From Malacoraja senta (taxonomy: Eukaryota), in NCBI GenBank assembly GCA_038087875.1, contig JAXLNO010000246.1:186001-250000 (forward strand): DNA of 64,000 nt, given 5' to 3'. The notes under the pieces were generated by a model that saw only the letters and a list, made by a program, of their open reading frames with translations, did no database searches and had not been told where the DNA came from. The translations under genes were made by a program, and so were the position numbers. Of this stretch, positions 48,461 to 61,900 are shown in pieces; positions within the stretch are counted from its first letter, which is position 1; each line of letters opens with the position of its first letter.

Positions 48461-48699
48461 GTTTAACTTGGTATCCTGTTCGACATGGACATTGCAGGCT
48501 GAAAGTCCTGTTCTTGTACTGTTCTATGTTCTATATATTCTCATTGGACAGGGCAGAGTTTTTCACTCCTCCAGCCTCCATGTTGAATACTTACTCCCAG
48601 TTTAAATCTGATTCAATTAGTCAATCCATTTCTCCCCCCCCCCCTCCTGCCCTGATCCCCATTCTATATCTTGAAGTAGTCATTCCCTTTTTCGCTCCC

Positions 48700-49140
48700 T
48701 GGTCTGTCTACTATCCCCACAACTTTCCTCTACTTTCCTGTCTTGGTGCATGCAACATCTATCCATTTACCTCTTCCCTTCCTACTGTCCATAGACCCAG
48801 GCAGTTCTTCAAAGTGAAACAGCGTGAAACACTTGCACTTCCAGTCAAATCTACTGCATTTGGTTTTCATGACGTAATCTTCCACATCGCATCAATGAAA
48901 CAAATTGAGTGGCTGCGTTCTGGAGAACCCGCATTCAATCCATGGGACTTTCTAAGATTCCTAATTCCTGCCACTTTAATTCTCCATTCAACACCCACCA
49001 TGATCCATCCATCTGTACCTCTTACACTAGGATAACAAGGGTGAAAGTAACCTTGAGGACCAACAACTCAGCTTCTACCTTGACATGTTGCAGCCTTTCA
49101 CACTCAATTCCACGTTCAACAAGTTGTATTCCCTGTCGAT
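48700..49140 (+). mobile_element. Highly decayed Penelope-like endonuclease fragment
   Basis: Residual similarity to 6600-6970 (FFKVKQRET, CATTTAATTCTCCATTC). Confidence 0.5.
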
Positions 49141-50714
49141 AAAAGAACTGGTTATTTCATAAGTTCATGTTCATTTATTGTCACATACACCAATTGGTGT
49201 AGTAAAATTCACTGGCCAGGTCAGTCATACAATTTAAAAAAGCAACAGACTCAAAAACACATTTTGACATAAACATCCATCATAGTGACTCCTACACATT
49301 CCTCACTGTGATGGAAGGCGAAAATAAAGTTCCAAGTCCTTCCCTTGTTGTTCTTCCTTGGTCGGGGGCCTCGAGCCCCCCGTTGAACGGACGGTCTTGA
49401 GTCCCGTAGCCGGCGGCGTTCGGGCCCTCCGCGTCGAGGTGATCAGCTCCCGCATCGGGGGGATTGCCAGCTCCCCTGCGCCGGGCGATCGAACCTCGCG
49501 TCGGGGCTGGACGAACCTTCTGTGGCGTTGGAGCTCCCGACTAGCCTCTCCCGAGACTGGGAGCCCTTGATGGTAAGTTCGCAGGCCGCGTTGGGAGCGA
49601 TCCCAGGCAAGGGATCCGCTCCGATGGTAAGTCCACGCCCCGTGGTGGGGCTCACGACGGTCCTTTTCAACTGTTAAGTTGAAGTCAGAAAGAACAGATG
49701 CAAGAAGTATGAAGAAGGACACCAAGCTGAAACATTACGTAACCATGTCTTCCAGATGCTGCCTGAGCCACTGAGTTACACCTGCACATTTTTGTGTTTT
49801 TTTTAAATTACAGTAAAGTTATCCACCTGCAAAATCAGGACAGCCTGACCTACTTGAGTACTGCAGTATGTGCTGCATTTTATATAACTCTGTTTAGTTT
49901 CATGCATGCAGAGATGCAGTGAAATGGTTTGGATGGAACAGCAGATGCTGGACACCCCGTCCCTTCTCTCCAGAGATGCTGCCTGTCCCGCTGAGTTACT
50001 CCAGCTTTTTGTGTCTGTCTGCAGTGAAATGGTTGTTCTGCATTCTCCCCAGTCAAGTCATACTGTACATAAGTACAATTCGTCCTCTTCTGGAACAGCA
50101 CGCAGAGATCCACCACATTCCAGGACTATCTTGCAGCTTCCAAGTCTCTGAGAAGTCTGATTTTGCCCTAAGGAAATACCCAATTTCACATTTTCTCATG
50201 TTAAGGCCCAGTGTCATAACAGCACTGGATTGATGAAGTAGAGGCGCCTGCCTCAGTTTAAGTTTTTCTGTTTCAAGATTGTGATCAAACCCTCGTCACT
50301 GGAACTGTGTCGCAGTGCCACCCATTACGTATCAGTCCCAATTATCTTTCAACATGCTGGAATCACTTGTTTTTTATCCTTTTTAGACTTTTTTCATGAA
50401 TTGTTCAGCTTAAACAGTTATGCTACAGCAGTTAAGCGCAGCTACCACTTAGTTCCAGAGACGTAACAACACAAGAGATAGTGTTGGAAGAATGATCAAA
50501 CTCACACATAGTGGTTAGAATCCATAGTCTTTTATTAGTAACTCTGCAGAGGAAACACAAGGTGCTTTCTTCTCAGCATGCTTACTACCAGTCTACCAGA
50601 GAGAGAGAGAGAGAGATGTCTAATAAGCCTGTGGGCGGAGCCACAGTATGAGTGACACTAATCTACAGATAGGCACAGGGATAAGTTTCGGTTTATTATT
50701 GTCACGTTTAGTTT

Positions 50715-51000
50715 CGAGGTACAGCATGAAAATAGGCCTTTTGGCCCACTGAACCTGTGCTGACTAACGACCACCCAAATATTAGTTCTATCCTACACAC
50801 TAGGGACAATTTACAGAAGCCAAAAAACTTACAAACCTGCACGTCTTTGAATGTGACGGAACTGTAGCACCCGGAGATAACTCACATGGTCACAGGGAGA
50901 ATGTATGAACTCTATATAGACAGCACCCATTGTCAGGATTGAACTTTGGTCTGTGGTACTGTAAGGCAGCAACTTTCCCTCTGCGCCACTGTGCTGCCCA
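50715..51000 (-). mobile_element. HE1-like V-SINE
   Basis: Reverse-strand copy. Confidence 0.75.
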
Positions 51001-52302
51001 TGTACTGAGGTAGAGTGTAAAGCTTTGTTTTGCATGCTATCCAATTGGATGAGGTAACAAAATACATATATATGATCATCAAACTCAAGTACTGTAGGTA
51101 GAGCAAAGGGGAAGGTACAGAGTGTGGCATGTAGTTCTCAGCAATGTAGCACAGCAGTTCCATTAGATAAGTGTTTCGACACGAAACGTGACACATTCCT
51201 TCTCTCCAGAGATGCTGCCTGACCCGTTGAGTTACTCTAGCATTTTGTGTCTATCTGCGGTTTAAACCAGCATCTACAGTTCCTCCCTACATAGTTCTAT
51301 AAACAAAGTCCACTGTCTTTAATGGGGTAGTGGTCAATAGGACAGTACCCTAGCTTATGGAACGATCATTCAGAAGCCTGATTTTCTCCTCGGTTATCAA
51401 GTTTCCGAGTAAGCCATTTGGTCCTCTAACCTGCCCACCATTCAATATGACCATGGCTGACGTTCCTCAGGCATCAACTCCTGTTCGATATCAGTTCCTC
51501 ATTGCACTCAGTTCTCCAATTTAAGTTTAATTAAGTTAACTACCGCCACATTAAATGCTTCCAATGATTTTGTCTTCACAAATCTCTGGCGCCAGAGAAT
51601 GACCACACTCTGCAAAAAGAGATTTTGTAAACAAATGACTGGTCTCTTTTATCTCTTATTGAAGAGGAGTGAAAATACTGCCAATTTTAAGCTTGTCCCC
51701 TCCCCAATTGACCCTCATTTCGTAACTTGTCAATTATTTATTATTGTCAATAATATGCCCTAGTGAAAAGATTTGCCGATGGTATTAGTTTATTATTGTC
51801 ACATGAACTGTGATATAGTCAAAAGTTTGTCTGTGTGTTATCCAATCAGATCATACTACACATGTGCAATCAAGCCATCCACAAGTAGAACAGTGCAAAG
51901 AGAAAAATTCTCAGAGTGCAGAATATCGGGTTACAATATCATAGCATTACAGTTACAGAGAAAGTGCAGATCAAAAAGAGTTGCAAGGATCACAATGAGA
52001 TTGGTTGGAAGATCAGGGCAACATCTTATCTTACATGAGAACCATTCAGTAGTCCAATAACAGTGGGGAAGAAGCTGTTCCTGAATTTAATGGTACGTAC
52101 TTTCAAACTTTCTTGTGCACTGTCTTAACAGGGAGCGTGCGATCCCTTTTAAACCACGTGGTTGGTTGATGGTGCCGAAAGAGGCAAAATGGGGCAGATG
52201 TGGACAGTGACTTGGTTGTTGTAGTGGACTGAAGAATATTTTGTGGTGGGTGACTGTGCAAGTTTTACTGAAGATGAAAATAACCATCTTACTGTCTTGT
52301 AG

Positions 52303-52569
52303 TTTCCCCTGAGGTCACTCTCGCTGCCCGCCCTGATGATCATTCAGTCCTGTACTGCACTGTGTTTGGATTTTACCCACCGGCCATCAATGTCAGCTGG
52401 TTGCAGAATGGTCAACATGTCTCTGAGACCAAATCTTCTGGGGTCATACCCAACAACGATGGAACATATCATCTAAGGTCTGTCCTTGAGTATGATCCGT
52501 ATGATGGGAAACAGTATTCCTGTCATGTCGATCACAGCAGCCTGCCCGGTGGGAAGACCATCATCTGGG
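52303..52569 (+). CDS. MHC class I-like exon 4 (alpha3, Ig C1-set domain)
   Basis: Acceptor TCTTGTAG| and donor |GTAAGA; 267 nt. VSPEVTL..LYCTVFGFYPPAINVSW..PNNDGTY..YSCHVDHSSL..W carries the C1-set signature. Confidence 0.95.
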
Positions 52570-52869
52570 GTAAGAACGTTAAATATTCTTTCATAGATAA
52601 TCATTATCTTCTGTTGTTTCCATTTTAATCATCATGAATACATCCCATATTCCAAGATGCTTAAACTTTCTTTGTTTAGTGGTGTTGCTCTAAGTAATCA
52701 CGTAATCAGCACCCACTCTCCGCATGAGCAGAAGACTTTGTCAACAGAACATTTATCAAAAGTAAATAAATAACTAATATATAAGGAAGGAGTATTTGAG
52801 ATTCTCAGTGGTGGAACTGAAATCTATGAAAGGTATGTTTAAATAAAAAATGAATCTTTCCTCATGATG

Positions 52870-53400
52870 TGATTAACAACAAGGCACTGGGGGAGTACAT
52901 GCCCCAATCTGAATCAATGGTCCGAAGTGGAAATGATTGAGAGCTTCATGTTCCTTGGCATGAATTTATCCAATATTCTGTAAAGGACTGACCACATAGC
53001 CAAGGAGGCACACCAACACCTCTACTTCCTCAGGAGACTGAGAATATTCATCATGTCTCTGGTGACTCTAGCAAACATCTATAGATGCCGCTAGAGAAAG
53101 CATGTTGTTGGGTTGCATCACATCTTGATTTGGGAACTGCACTGCCCAAGACTGCAAGAATATACAAAGAGTTAAAGATCATCACACAGGCCAGACTTCC
53201 CACTATTGGCTCAATCTACACTAGGTTGCCTTGGAAAACGAGACTTATCCCAACCTTCCTCCTTCTTGCTCCCATCAGGCATTAGGTACAGAAAGTTGAA
53301 AATATGCACTGCCAGACTCAGGAACACCCCCTTTCCACCTGTTAACAGGCTTCGGAAGGGTCCTTCCATAATGTAGGTTTAATGCCCGATTCACCTCAAC
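52870..53400 (+). mobile_element. Decayed Rex1/Babar fragment
   Basis: AKEAHQHLYFLRRL-like segment. Confidence 0.55.
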
Positions 53401-55258
53401 CTTATTGAACATTGAACATTGTCCATGGAACTGATGTGTTACAATGCTGAGAACTATATTCTGTACTCTGTATCCTCCTCTTTGCTCTATCTATTGTTTT
53501 TGAGTTTGTATTTATGTATAGTTTTATAATTTGTTTGGATAGCATACAAAACAAACTTTGCTCATATTTTGAAACATCTGGCGTTAATAAAACTAAACCT
53601 AATGAAGTAAGTTCCATGACGCAAGTTACAGATTCAGCAACGAAAAATATAACTGCCTGACAAACAGCGATCGTAGAAGTTTGATTCCAAGTATGCTGCA
53701 CTAACCTACACAAATGCTCACTTTTGAAGATTCCCTCGAACAATGCACAACTAAGGAATCTGATGTTTCACTCTGAAGACTGTTGACATACCCCAGAACT
53801 TAATTTCCAACCTATCTATGTATCATCAGCAATCTAGGCTACAGCGCCAACAGTCCCTTCATCTGCTCTTAATACCAACGATAAGTAGTTCACTTTCTTG
53901 CATTGATTCCCAACCTGCAGTTGCAGTTTCCCAACCAGAACACTCCTTTAAGACAACTCTCTGCTTGCTCTTAATTGTTTTTCCATTCATGCTAATTATT
54001 ACCCCCAATGTCATAAGCCATGTGCCTTTGCATCACTTGATCAGATATCTTATGAAAATCCAGATATTGTGGCGACATCTGGTGGTCAGGCCACTTATTG
54101 CTAGAACCCTCGTCAGGGGAGCTGGGACTATCACGTGAGTGACAGGGTTTTGGTGGGAGTTGGTGATGAGTTAATCGCCAGTCAACTGGTGTGCCCGATA
54201 ACAACGGCAGGAACTTTGCTCAAGTCCTTACTAAACGCGAGTGGGCCAAAACTGTATTTCTTTAAAAAAACATTGATTTGTTCACGACGTTTGGATCTCT
54301 ACAATATATTGTATTTCTTTTGTTTCTCATTCCAATTTTGTTACCTATTCTGCTTTTCCATCATTTTGTTTATGAATTTTAGGCTTTTCACACCTGCTGC
54401 TCGAATATACATTGTCTACGGGTTCCTGTTGCATTTTCAAAGAGTTCTAATCAATTTCTCAAACAAAGTTTGAAGAAGGGTCCCAAAACGAAACGTCACC
54501 TGTCCATGTGTAAGAAGAAACTGCAAATGCTGGTTTACACCAAAGATGGACACAAATTGCTGGAATAACTCAGCTGGTCAGCCAGCATCTCTGGAGAAAA
54601 GGAATAGGTGATGAATCCATGTTCGCCAGAGATGCTGCCTGTTCCGCTGAGTTACTCCAGCATTTTGTGTCTATTATGTATATTCTTTCCACTGACTGGT
54701 TAGCATGAAACAAAAGCTTTTCACTGTACCTCAATACATGTGACAATAAACTAAACTAAAGCTTTTGTGTAAATCAGTATCTGCATCTCTTTCTTTCTAC
54801 AATTTTCCTGATAATGCCCTGATAATGCACTTTATTGTTTTGTTATTACTTAAATGTTCTGCCATTATTGAAAGGAATCCAGCATTTTCCCCAAAACAAA
54901 TGTTAGTTTATATAGGGTTAAAGCTTTCTGCTTTCAATTCACCTTCTTTCATGAATTAAGTTGTGGCTGTGATGGTGCCATATATCATAGAGTTGTACAG
55001 AACATATATTGTCCCTTTGCCATGCTGCAGAACTCCGTGATTCAAAACACCATATCATCTTATATACCTTGAAAAGCCCCAAATATAGACACAAAATGCT
55101 GGAGTAACTCAGCGGTCAGGTAACATCTCTGGAGAAAAGGAATAGGTGGCATTTCGGGTCGAGACCCTTCTTCACCCTGAAGTCTTCAGACAGTGCCCAT
55201 CTATTTAGCTGCACAGCTTAACAATTGATTTGTAAAATTATGCATTCTTATTTTTCAG

Positions 55259-55366
55259 AAGGAAATAGGAAGAAAGACAGGCACATAGGCCTTATTGCCG
55301 TGTGTGTGCTGATATTGCTGGCTATTGTCTTGGCAGTAATTGTTTTGTGGAGAAAAAAGAGGAGAG
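55259..55366 (+). CDS. MHC class I-like exon 5 (connecting peptide and transmembrane)
   Basis: Acceptor TTTTTCAG| and donor |GTAAGA; 108 nt. EGNRKKDRHIGLIAVCVLILLAIVLAVIVLWRKKRR is a hydrophobic helix followed by a basic stop-transfer cluster. Confidence 0.9.
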
Positions 55367-56004
55367 GTAAGATGGAAAAATTGTGATGCACTGTTGCTAG
55401 TAAAGGTATTGGGCTTGAAGAAATGATCGATCTCAAGTAGGATAAGGCAGCAGCTACACCTGAAATGCCTCGACAGTCACCACTGTCAACTAGCCTTTGT
55501 GCTGTTGTTAAATGTTTCTGATAATCAGATATTTAAAAATTGTGAATTCAGTGTAAAAAAAAGTTAAACATTATGGATTCACTGCCCCAAATCCTAGAAA
55601 TATCAATGAGTCATTAAAAAGTACAGCATGGAAGCAGTCCTTTTGGCCCACCGTGTCCATGCCAACCACCAACCACCTGTTCTCATGAATTCTATCTCAT
55701 TGCACCTTCTCATCCAGTCACCCACCCACTAGGGGCAATTTACAGTGGCCAATTAAACTATAAACTGACACATCTTAGGATGTGTGAGGAAACCGGAGCC
55801 CCTGGAGGGATCCAATGCGGTTACACGGAGAACATGCAAACTCCACATAGATGGCACTCAAGGTCAAAATTGAACCCGGGTCTGTGTCGCTGTGAGGCAG
55901 CAGCTCTACGAGTTGTGACACTGTGCTGCTCTGTTGGGGGCTCGCACTGTTCATGATCCAAGTCAGCTACGAGGCAGATTGGTTGCAGTTTAACATTTAC
56001 TAGT

Positions 56005-56295
56005 TTTGTTTAGTTTAATTTAGAGATACAGTGACGAAATAGGTCCTTAGGCCCACCGAGTCTGCGCTGACCAGCGATCCCCGCACATTAACACTATCCT
56101 ATACACGCACACCAAGCCAATTAACCTACATACCTGTACGTCTTTGGAGTGTGGGAGGAAACCTTAGATCTCGGAGAAAACACACGCGGTCATGGGGAGA
56201 ACGTACAAACTCTGTACAGACAGCATCAGTAGTCGGGATCGAACCCGGGTCTCCGGTGCTGCAAGCGCTGTAAGGCAGCAACTCTACTGCTGCAC
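56005..56295 (-). mobile_element. HE1-like V-SINE, full length
   Basis: Close to the family consensus on the reverse strand. Confidence 0.8.
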
Positions 56296-57231
56296 TCAGT
56301 AGCTGCCACCAAGGCCGCTGTTGCTGGAAGACTCTATGTTTCTATGACTCAAAATTAAGTGGGAATGTGAGTAGTGGGAGAAATGGTTCAATGTGGAAAG
56401 TCGAATGAATGAGCAACAACATGACAGGTGGACTACAATGTGAAACAGGGCAGCACAGAGCCAGAGACCTGAATTAAATACCGACATCGGCTGTTGTATC
56501 TGTAGAGTTTGCATGTTGTTCCTGTGACCATGTGGGTTTCCCCAGGTGCTCTGGTTTCCTCCCACATCCCCAAAACATGGTTTGGTAGGTTAGTTGTCCC
56601 CTAGATTGTGCATGATACAATGTGGGGAGAGCTGATGAGAATGTGGGACAAATATAGGATTAGTGTACATGAATGGTTGGTGCAGGTCAGTGGGACAAAG
56701 GCCATGTTTGTATGCTGCATATTTCCATGACTCTTTATGATGTAGAAAGATGTTGACTATTTTTGATTTATAAGATTGGGAAAGAGTGTGAGGGACAGTG
56801 CTAGAGTAACTCAGCAGGTCAGGCAACATCCCTGGAGACCATGGATAGGTGACAATCTGGTTCGAGACTCTTCAGGCAAATTACAATGGGTATTCCTCCG
56901 CTTAAGTCTGATAGTAGTGTACAGATGCACCTCAACCACTGACTTGCTCAACAAGTGCTTAAATTAGTTGAATTAAAGTATGTTTGGAGTAACATGCAGC
57001 AGTCCTTAAAATCTACCATTTCCCAAATCCCAAGAGAGCTGGATGATCAGGGTTTTAGTGTAAATTCAAAGTCATCTATATCACTGATTTCTTGCCTGTG
57101 ATCACACTGTTGTAAGATATATTCTGGTGATGAATTGCAGTTCACTTTCCTCCTGTGTAAAGGAGTTATTGTGTTGAATATAACAAGTGGAGGGAAAGTC
57201 AGTGTAGGATTTAGAGTTTGTACGTAATGCA

Positions 57232-57520
57232 GCATGGTAGTGCAGCTGGTAGAACTGCTGCCTCACAACGCCAGAGACCCAGGTTCAATCTGGACCTCGG
57301 GTACTGTCTACGTGGAGTTTGCATGTTCTCCTTGTGACTATGTGGGCTTCCTCAGGGAGCTCCGGTTTCCTCCCATATCCCAAAGATGAGCAGGTGTGCA
57401 GGTAATCATCCTCGGTAAGTCACCCTGATAGTGTAGGGGGTGGATGGGAAATCTATTATGAATGGGTGATTGCTGGTTAGTATGGATTTGGTGGCACAAA
57501 TGGCCTGTTTACACACTGTA
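57232..57520 (+). mobile_element. HE1-like V-SINE
   Basis: Head, GGTTCAATC B-box and V-domain. Confidence 0.7.
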
Positions 57521-58249
57521 TCACTGTTTTCAAGAGAGAGTTAGATTTAGCTCTTAGGGCTAAGGGATTCAAGGGATATGGGGAAACAGCCAGATCGGAG
57601 TATTAATTTTGGATGATCAGCCATGATTGTATTGAATGGCGGTGCTGGCTCAAAGGGCCGAATAGCCTATTCCTGCACCTATTTTTTTATGTTTCTATCT
57701 TTCTATTAAATAAACTAAATTGGAAGACAGAAGGTATTTACTGATGCATCTTCACACCAGCTGTAAATGTCATAAACTGTGAGAATTGATTGCAAATGTT
57801 ATACAATATTATAAACTAAACTGGGTGATCAAAATGACAAGATGGATGAAGAGCAGAGTTTTCATTGAAATAACAGACGTGCAGCTTTCTCGAGCACTTG
57901 GCCTTGGTTGTGTAATATTTCCTCTTCAAAATACAATGTTCCCTGGCATTTCTGGTCTGAGGCACCATTCAGCAAGTATATTTCCTGAAACGGAGGTTCT
58001 GCTTTCATGGTATCAAGATGTCCAACAGCTCCAGCACCCAGATCAGAACCTTGCCAAAACTAAGAATGCAGCAACAATTTAGTCATTGAACATCAACGAC
58101 ATGCATATTTGAACTGAGGCAATGGTTAGCTTATTATCACTGTAAACCAGTCGTGGTCATGGGTCTGCCATTGTGGTCACTATTAGTGAGGGTGATTAAC
58201 TATCATGTAGCAGTGAAATGGAAAAGAATTGGCTTTTCAAGCCCACGGA

Positions 58250-58780
58250 GCCATAGAGTCATACGGCATGGAAATGGCCACCTCAACTTGGCCATGTCAA
58301 CCAAGATGCCATGTTTAAACTACAATTTACCTGCAATTGACCCATATCTCACTGAACCTTTCCTATCTACAGTATGTACCTGTCCAAGTGTGTTCTAAAT
58401 GTTTTTTAATACCTGCCTCAACTCCTTCCGCTGGAATGTTCTTCCATATTTCCACTTCCTCTGGTTCCGAGTAACTCGTTTCCTTCTTACCTTAAACCTA
58501 AGTCCTCTGGTTCTTGATTACACAAGGCTGGTTAAAAGATTCCGTGCATTCAATCTATCTATGCTCCTTGATTTTATAAACTTCTATAAGATCACCCCTC
58601 AGCCTCTTGCGTGCCAAGGACTAAAGTCCAAGCATTCTCATCCTCTCCCTGAATCACAGGCCCTGTTAATGACATCCTTCCGATAGTGGAGTGACCAAAA
58701 CTTAACACATTACTCCAAATGTGACCTCACCAACATCTTGTACAACTGTAGCAGAACATCCCAACTTTTTTATTCAGTAC
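58250..58780 (-). mobile_element. Decayed CR1 3' fragment
   Basis: Residual match to the CR1 3' RT region. Confidence 0.5.
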
Positions 58781-58928
58781 CTTTCTTTTAAAATCTTTTT
58801 ATTGTTTTTTTTCAAAAAAACAAAAACAAAAATAAAACATAAAAAACAGAGCAAAAAGAATAATGATAAACATAACAATGGTATTGATACATAGGGATCA
58901 TGATTACATTAATAACAGGTATAAACTA

Positions 58929-61900
58929 ATAGTAAGATTAAACGAGAACTTACCTAAGTTTGAAGTTTGATCTTTATTTTATGAGGAGTTACGTAGGTGA
59001 TTACGTGAAGAACCCCGCCAGTGCGCCAATCTTCAAAGCAGCGGTGTGAAATCACAAAAAACAACAACCGAAGTAATATAGTCTCATAATAAAACGAGTA
59101 ATACAAGAACTTCAATCTGACCTTTATGATAGAGGGTAGGGTCATGGCGGGCACGTAATCACCTACGTAACTCCTCATAAAATAAAGATCAAACTTCAAA
59201 CTTAGGTAAGTTCTCGTTTAATCTTACTATTTTACTTCGGAGTCACGTGAGTTACTACGTGAAGATTTTAAAGCTTTGTGATTTCATGCCGTAGATCAAT
59301 CCCGGCTTCTCACTGCATAGATTGACTCGGAACGAGAATAATCAATCATGCATTCATAATAACATTTGTACCACAAATGCAGTCATTCATTTCAATAATG
59401 AAATTAATCAGATCCCCTTTAAACCAGAGGAATTTACACAGAACTTAAAATAGTTTCTGCACACAATCCCGTATTAACAATAGGCCGATGGTAAAAATGT
59501 TGAAACATCAACTCATTGGACCATCCGGCGGCTGCGAGTCGACGGGGACGTCTTATGCCCTGGCCGCCGACATTTCTGCTGCCCTAGTCGAGTGAGACGT
59601 AAAAACATAAGTGTTAATATCAGCAGCTGTTATGACTTCTTTTATCCATCAGGAAATAGTCTGTATTGAAACTCTCTTGTGTGGTTTCTTGTGTGTGATT
59701 AACAACCCAGTTTCCGTATTTCTTAAATGCTTTGTGACCTCAATGCATTGTCACAAATATGTCTTAACACAGAGACAAGGATCATTTGGATATGCTGCTA
59801 GCATAATTTTAAATCCTGTCACACCTGGCCTAATTTGCTTTAATAGGTCATAGATATAGAATGTAACCTTGTCTTCAGTTACTTCCATAGTATCTATTTG
59901 TAATTTTCTAAGTGTTTGCACTCGTTGTGCAGTCACTCATGCCATAAGCATGAATACTTTCATCCTGAGCTTGACCAAAGGTAAAGACACACTTGGTGAC
60001 CATTCACGAAGTAGTTTCAGTACCACACTTACATCCCAGATTGTCATGTACCTAGGTTTCGGTGGTTTGGAATTAAAGATTCCTTTCATTAGTCTGGAAA
60101 GAATTGGGTGTGACCCAATTGGGTTTATTTCTGAATCCAGAACCAAATATGAGGGCAATGCACTTATGGCTGAATTAATTGCACTACAACTCAGACCTTC
60201 ATCATAATAGAGTTTTGACAGATTTTCTAAACATTTGAAATATCTGCAGTACTATATTGCAAATTCTTTTGTACACAGGACTTTTCCCATTTCTTAATAT
60301 AAGAAAGGTACTGTTTTTGGAGTGCTCTTCCTCCAGGCTGCCGTAAGCATGTCCACAGTACGCTCAGACAGTCCTCGCCCCAGAAAAGGCCTTCTTAAAC
60401 CTGCAAATCAACAAATCCAAACAATCATTAGATTAGATAGATTAGATTAGATAGCCCTTTATTGTCATTCAGACCGAAGTCTGAACGAAATTGCAACAGT
60501 CATACATAAAACAACAATAAACACATATTAACATCCACCACAGTGAGTCCACCCAACATCTCCTCACTGTGATGGAGGCAAAAGTCTTAGGTCTGCAGTC
60601 TCTTCCCTCCTCTTCTCCCTCTGCGCTGAGGCGATACCCCCCGGGCGATGTTTCCCGTGGCTCAAACACCGCGGCCCGGGGTGGTCGATATAATGGATGT
60701 TGTTTCCCTGTTACAGGGTGCAGCAATAAATTACTCCTTTTGGGGACTTTCATCAACATTTGTGTTGTTAATTCTAATATCAACAGATACCATGGCTGTG
60801 TAGGCCAATCTGGTATTACCAATACACCTGAATCAGCATCTTGCCTGACTTTAAGCAAACACTGGCTTATAAGGCAGAAAAGTGGAAATATATATGACAA
60901 CATATCACTCCAATGTAGCGAGAAAGAATCAATCGCCACTGCTCCTGGATCTGATTCACATGAGACATATCTCGATAGCTGATGATTCAGCCTAGATATA
61001 AACAAGTCAATGTTGGGCATTCCAAATCTGATTACTATATCATTGAATACCTCTCGATTCAACATCCATTCTTATTATCATGGAACTTTCGTGACCTGGT
61101 GTCTGCTATCGTGTTCATTCTACCTGGTAGATAGATAGCTGAAATCCAAATATTCTTTTCAATACACCCAGTCCAAAGTTGATTAGCCATTTTGTCACAT
61201 GACCCTGACTTGATTTCATCCATATCATTAATATAGGCAATTGCTGTTGTGTTTATCAATCTGAACTTGGACATGCCTTTTAGTTGTGTTAGAACAATAA
61301 CCTTGGAGTCCATAGAAACATCCTAAAACTCCAAATAGTTAACTCCCCATGTCTGCAGTAACAATGACTCTTCCTGATTCCATCTGCCTCCGCAGCTAGA
61401 TGCTAAGTCAGTTTCACCCCATCCTAGTGTACTGGCATCTGTTTGTAATATCATGGAAGGTTTGTTCAATCAGCACTCTGCTGGAACTGCTTGAGACATG
61501 TAGAATCCACCACTGCAGATCAGAAACAGCATTTGTTGTCAGTTGCATGGTTCTATCAAAATGACCAACATGCATTCTCAGTGCCTGTTCTTTAACTCTC
61601 TGCAGCTGTTGATAATGTAATGGTCCGAATTGGACTGCTGGGAATGCTGCTACTAATTTTCCCAGTACTCAAGCCACCTGTCTGATTGAGGGGTTTTGCT
61701 CGTTTACCAGATTACTGCAATCTTTAATCAACTCCACCCTTTTTTCACTGGGCAAAGTAATTTTCATTTGGACTGAATCAATTGTGAACCCCAAATAATC
61801 AATCGAGGTACATGGTGTTAACCTTGATTCCTTTGGATGAATTAGAAACCCCAAACTTTCAAAAGTTGATTTCACAACTGCCACAGATGCTTCTGTTGAC

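Larger units (their letters stand above)
5969..55366 (+). pseudogene. Nonclassical MHC class I heavy-chain-like gene (leader, alpha1, alpha2, alpha3, TM exons); frameshift in alpha2 in this assembly; cytoplasmic exon not identified
   Basis: Five collinear exons, all GT-AG and phase 1 as in MHC class I genes. With a 2-nt correction in alpha2 they splice to about 321 aa. Pseudogene status rests on one indel. Confidence 0.85.

Noticed and set aside
57786-58082. 98-aa ORF as the MHC cytoplasmic exon
   Set aside because: No convincing acceptor and no recognisable tail motif; kept only as a weak candidate.
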